64,000 nt of DNA from Phoronis australis (taxonomy: Eukaryota > Animalia > Phoronida), in NCBI GenBank assembly GCA_002633005.1, contig NMRA01000081.1, forward strand, positions 687,799 to 751,798. The letters run 5' to 3'. The translations under genes were made by a program, and so were the position numbers. A model generated the notes under the pieces. That model was not told the DNA's origin, did not search any database, and saw only the letters and a list, made by a program, of their open reading frames with translations. The stretch's first letter is position 1. Every line of letters begins with the position of its first letter. Shown piece after piece: positions 62,520 through 64,000 of this stretch.

Positions 62520-63970
62520 TTTTCTGCAGCCATTGCGGAACGCATTAAGTGTGTGCTAGGGAAAATTATTCGTGAGGATCAGAGTGGCTACATCCCGGGA
62601 AGGAACTTGGCTGATAACATTCGTGTGCTATACGATCTGTTCTATTATTCCCAGAAGATTCAAATACATGGGCTCCTACTTCTTATAGATTTTGAAAAAC
62701 TTTTGACTCTTTGTCTTGGAGTTTTATTGAAAAAGCTTTATCTTTTTTAATTTTGGGTGGTCAATTAAGAGATGGGTCAAAGTTTTCTACAAAAGTATCA
62801 AATCGTGTTATCATAATGGCCAACCTTCTCGTTGGTTTACTATACAGAGAGGAGTCAGACAAGGTGACTCATTATCTTCTTATCTGTTTGCTATTTGTGC
62901 AGAAATTCTGACTCTCATGATCAGACACAACAAAAAATAAATGGAATCAAAATCATTGATCGTGAGTACTTACTAACTCAATATGCTGATGACACTTCTA
63001 TCATTTACATGGTTTCGAGATGTCTTTACGGTCTACTTTATATGTTCTAAATTTGTTTGCTCATTTCTCCGGCCTCAGGGTCAAAATTGAAAAAAACAAT
63101 AGCCATTTGGTTTGGGTTGGTTTGGTTTGGTTTGGTAGTATGGCTATTAGTACAGTGCTGAAAAAATTTCTGTTAGAGAACAGTTATCATGGACCAAAAC
63201 AAATTTCATGTTCTTGGGGATTAATTTCCAAGTCAGCTTACATGATATAGCACAACAGAATTACTTGGCGAAAATGAAAGATATTGAATTAATTTTGAAA
63301 AATTAGTCCAAAAGAATTTTGCCGCCTTTCGGGAGAATTACAGTAAAATGAAGGCGCTTGTGGTTTCAAAAATTGTACATCTTCTGATATCCTTGCCACA
63401 GCCTTCGAAACATATTCTAGAAAAACTGAACTCAATGTTTTTTGAATTCCTCTGGCAAGGTCGCAGTGACAAAATAAAGCGCTCCCGAGCTGTTTGTAAT
63501 TATAATGAAGGAGGTATTAGAATGATTAACATATTTTCGTTCTGTAAGGCTTTAAAGATTAACATGTTAACAAAATTTGTAAACGGTCGGTCTAAAACGG
63601 CCCGTTTGTTTCACTTGCTTTTTCCTGAATTTAGAAATTACGCCAAGCATGGAGTTGACTTTCTTAAGATAAATTTGCCTAACACTGACAATCACTTTTG
63701 AAAAGATTTTGTTGAATGTGTAACCTCCTTTGGAAATTGTTTGAAGATCAAAAATCAGACAGATTTCCTTAACCAACCATTATGGTTTAGCACTGACCTG
63801 CAGGTCGGGGCAAAACGTATTTTCTACAGGAACTGGTGCCATGGAGGCATAGTCTTTATAAAGGACTTGTTTTCCCCAGACGGTAATATTTTGAACTATA
63901 GATTTATTGTGGATGTTTTAGGTATTAAAACGAACTTTATGGAGAATAACAGTCTAATTTCAGTGATATT
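62520..63970 (+). mobile_element. Frameshifted L1/Tx1-type LINE ORF2 fragment
   Basis: DQSGYIPGR, LLLIDFEK, RGVRQGD (about 62847), QYADDT (about 62979) and FFEFLWQGRSDKIKR...EGGIRM spread over several frames. Confidence 0.9.
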
Positions 63971-64000
63971 TACAGTGGCGGATCTACGGGGGGGGGGGGG

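Overview
Eukaryotic (animal) genomic DNA, AT-rich, intron- and transposon-dense, with one 260-N assembly gap. The repeat style suggests a marine invertebrate, but that is inference only. No prokaryotic features are present. Three spliced protein-coding genes can be reconstructed by hand from GT-AG sites and reading-frame phase. (1) The 3' end of a + strand gene for a cysteine-rich, probably secreted protein: an EGF-like exon (1092-1193), a ShKT/CRISP-ICR-like exon (7285-7410) and a probable last exon (9426-9493). (2) An apparently complete 6-coding-exon + strand gene (30927-44947, 1388 aa). It has a short N-terminal globular-looking region, a poly-Asp tract, a 3.0-kb low-complexity exon with PxDLS and PPxY motifs, and a C-terminal zf-MYND finger that the ORF track misses entirely. 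(3) The last three exons of EMG1/NEP1 (18S rRNA pseudouridine N1-methyltransferase) on the - strand, convergent with gene 2. The rest is mobile DNA: a three-layer nested TIR element with inverted 21-bp minisatellites, several foldback/MITE elements with recoverable target-site duplications, two TA-flanked TIR elements carrying a HIRAN-like ORF remnant in EMG1 introns, a decayed DNA transposase, LINE fragments, tRNA-like SINE heads and tandem repeats.
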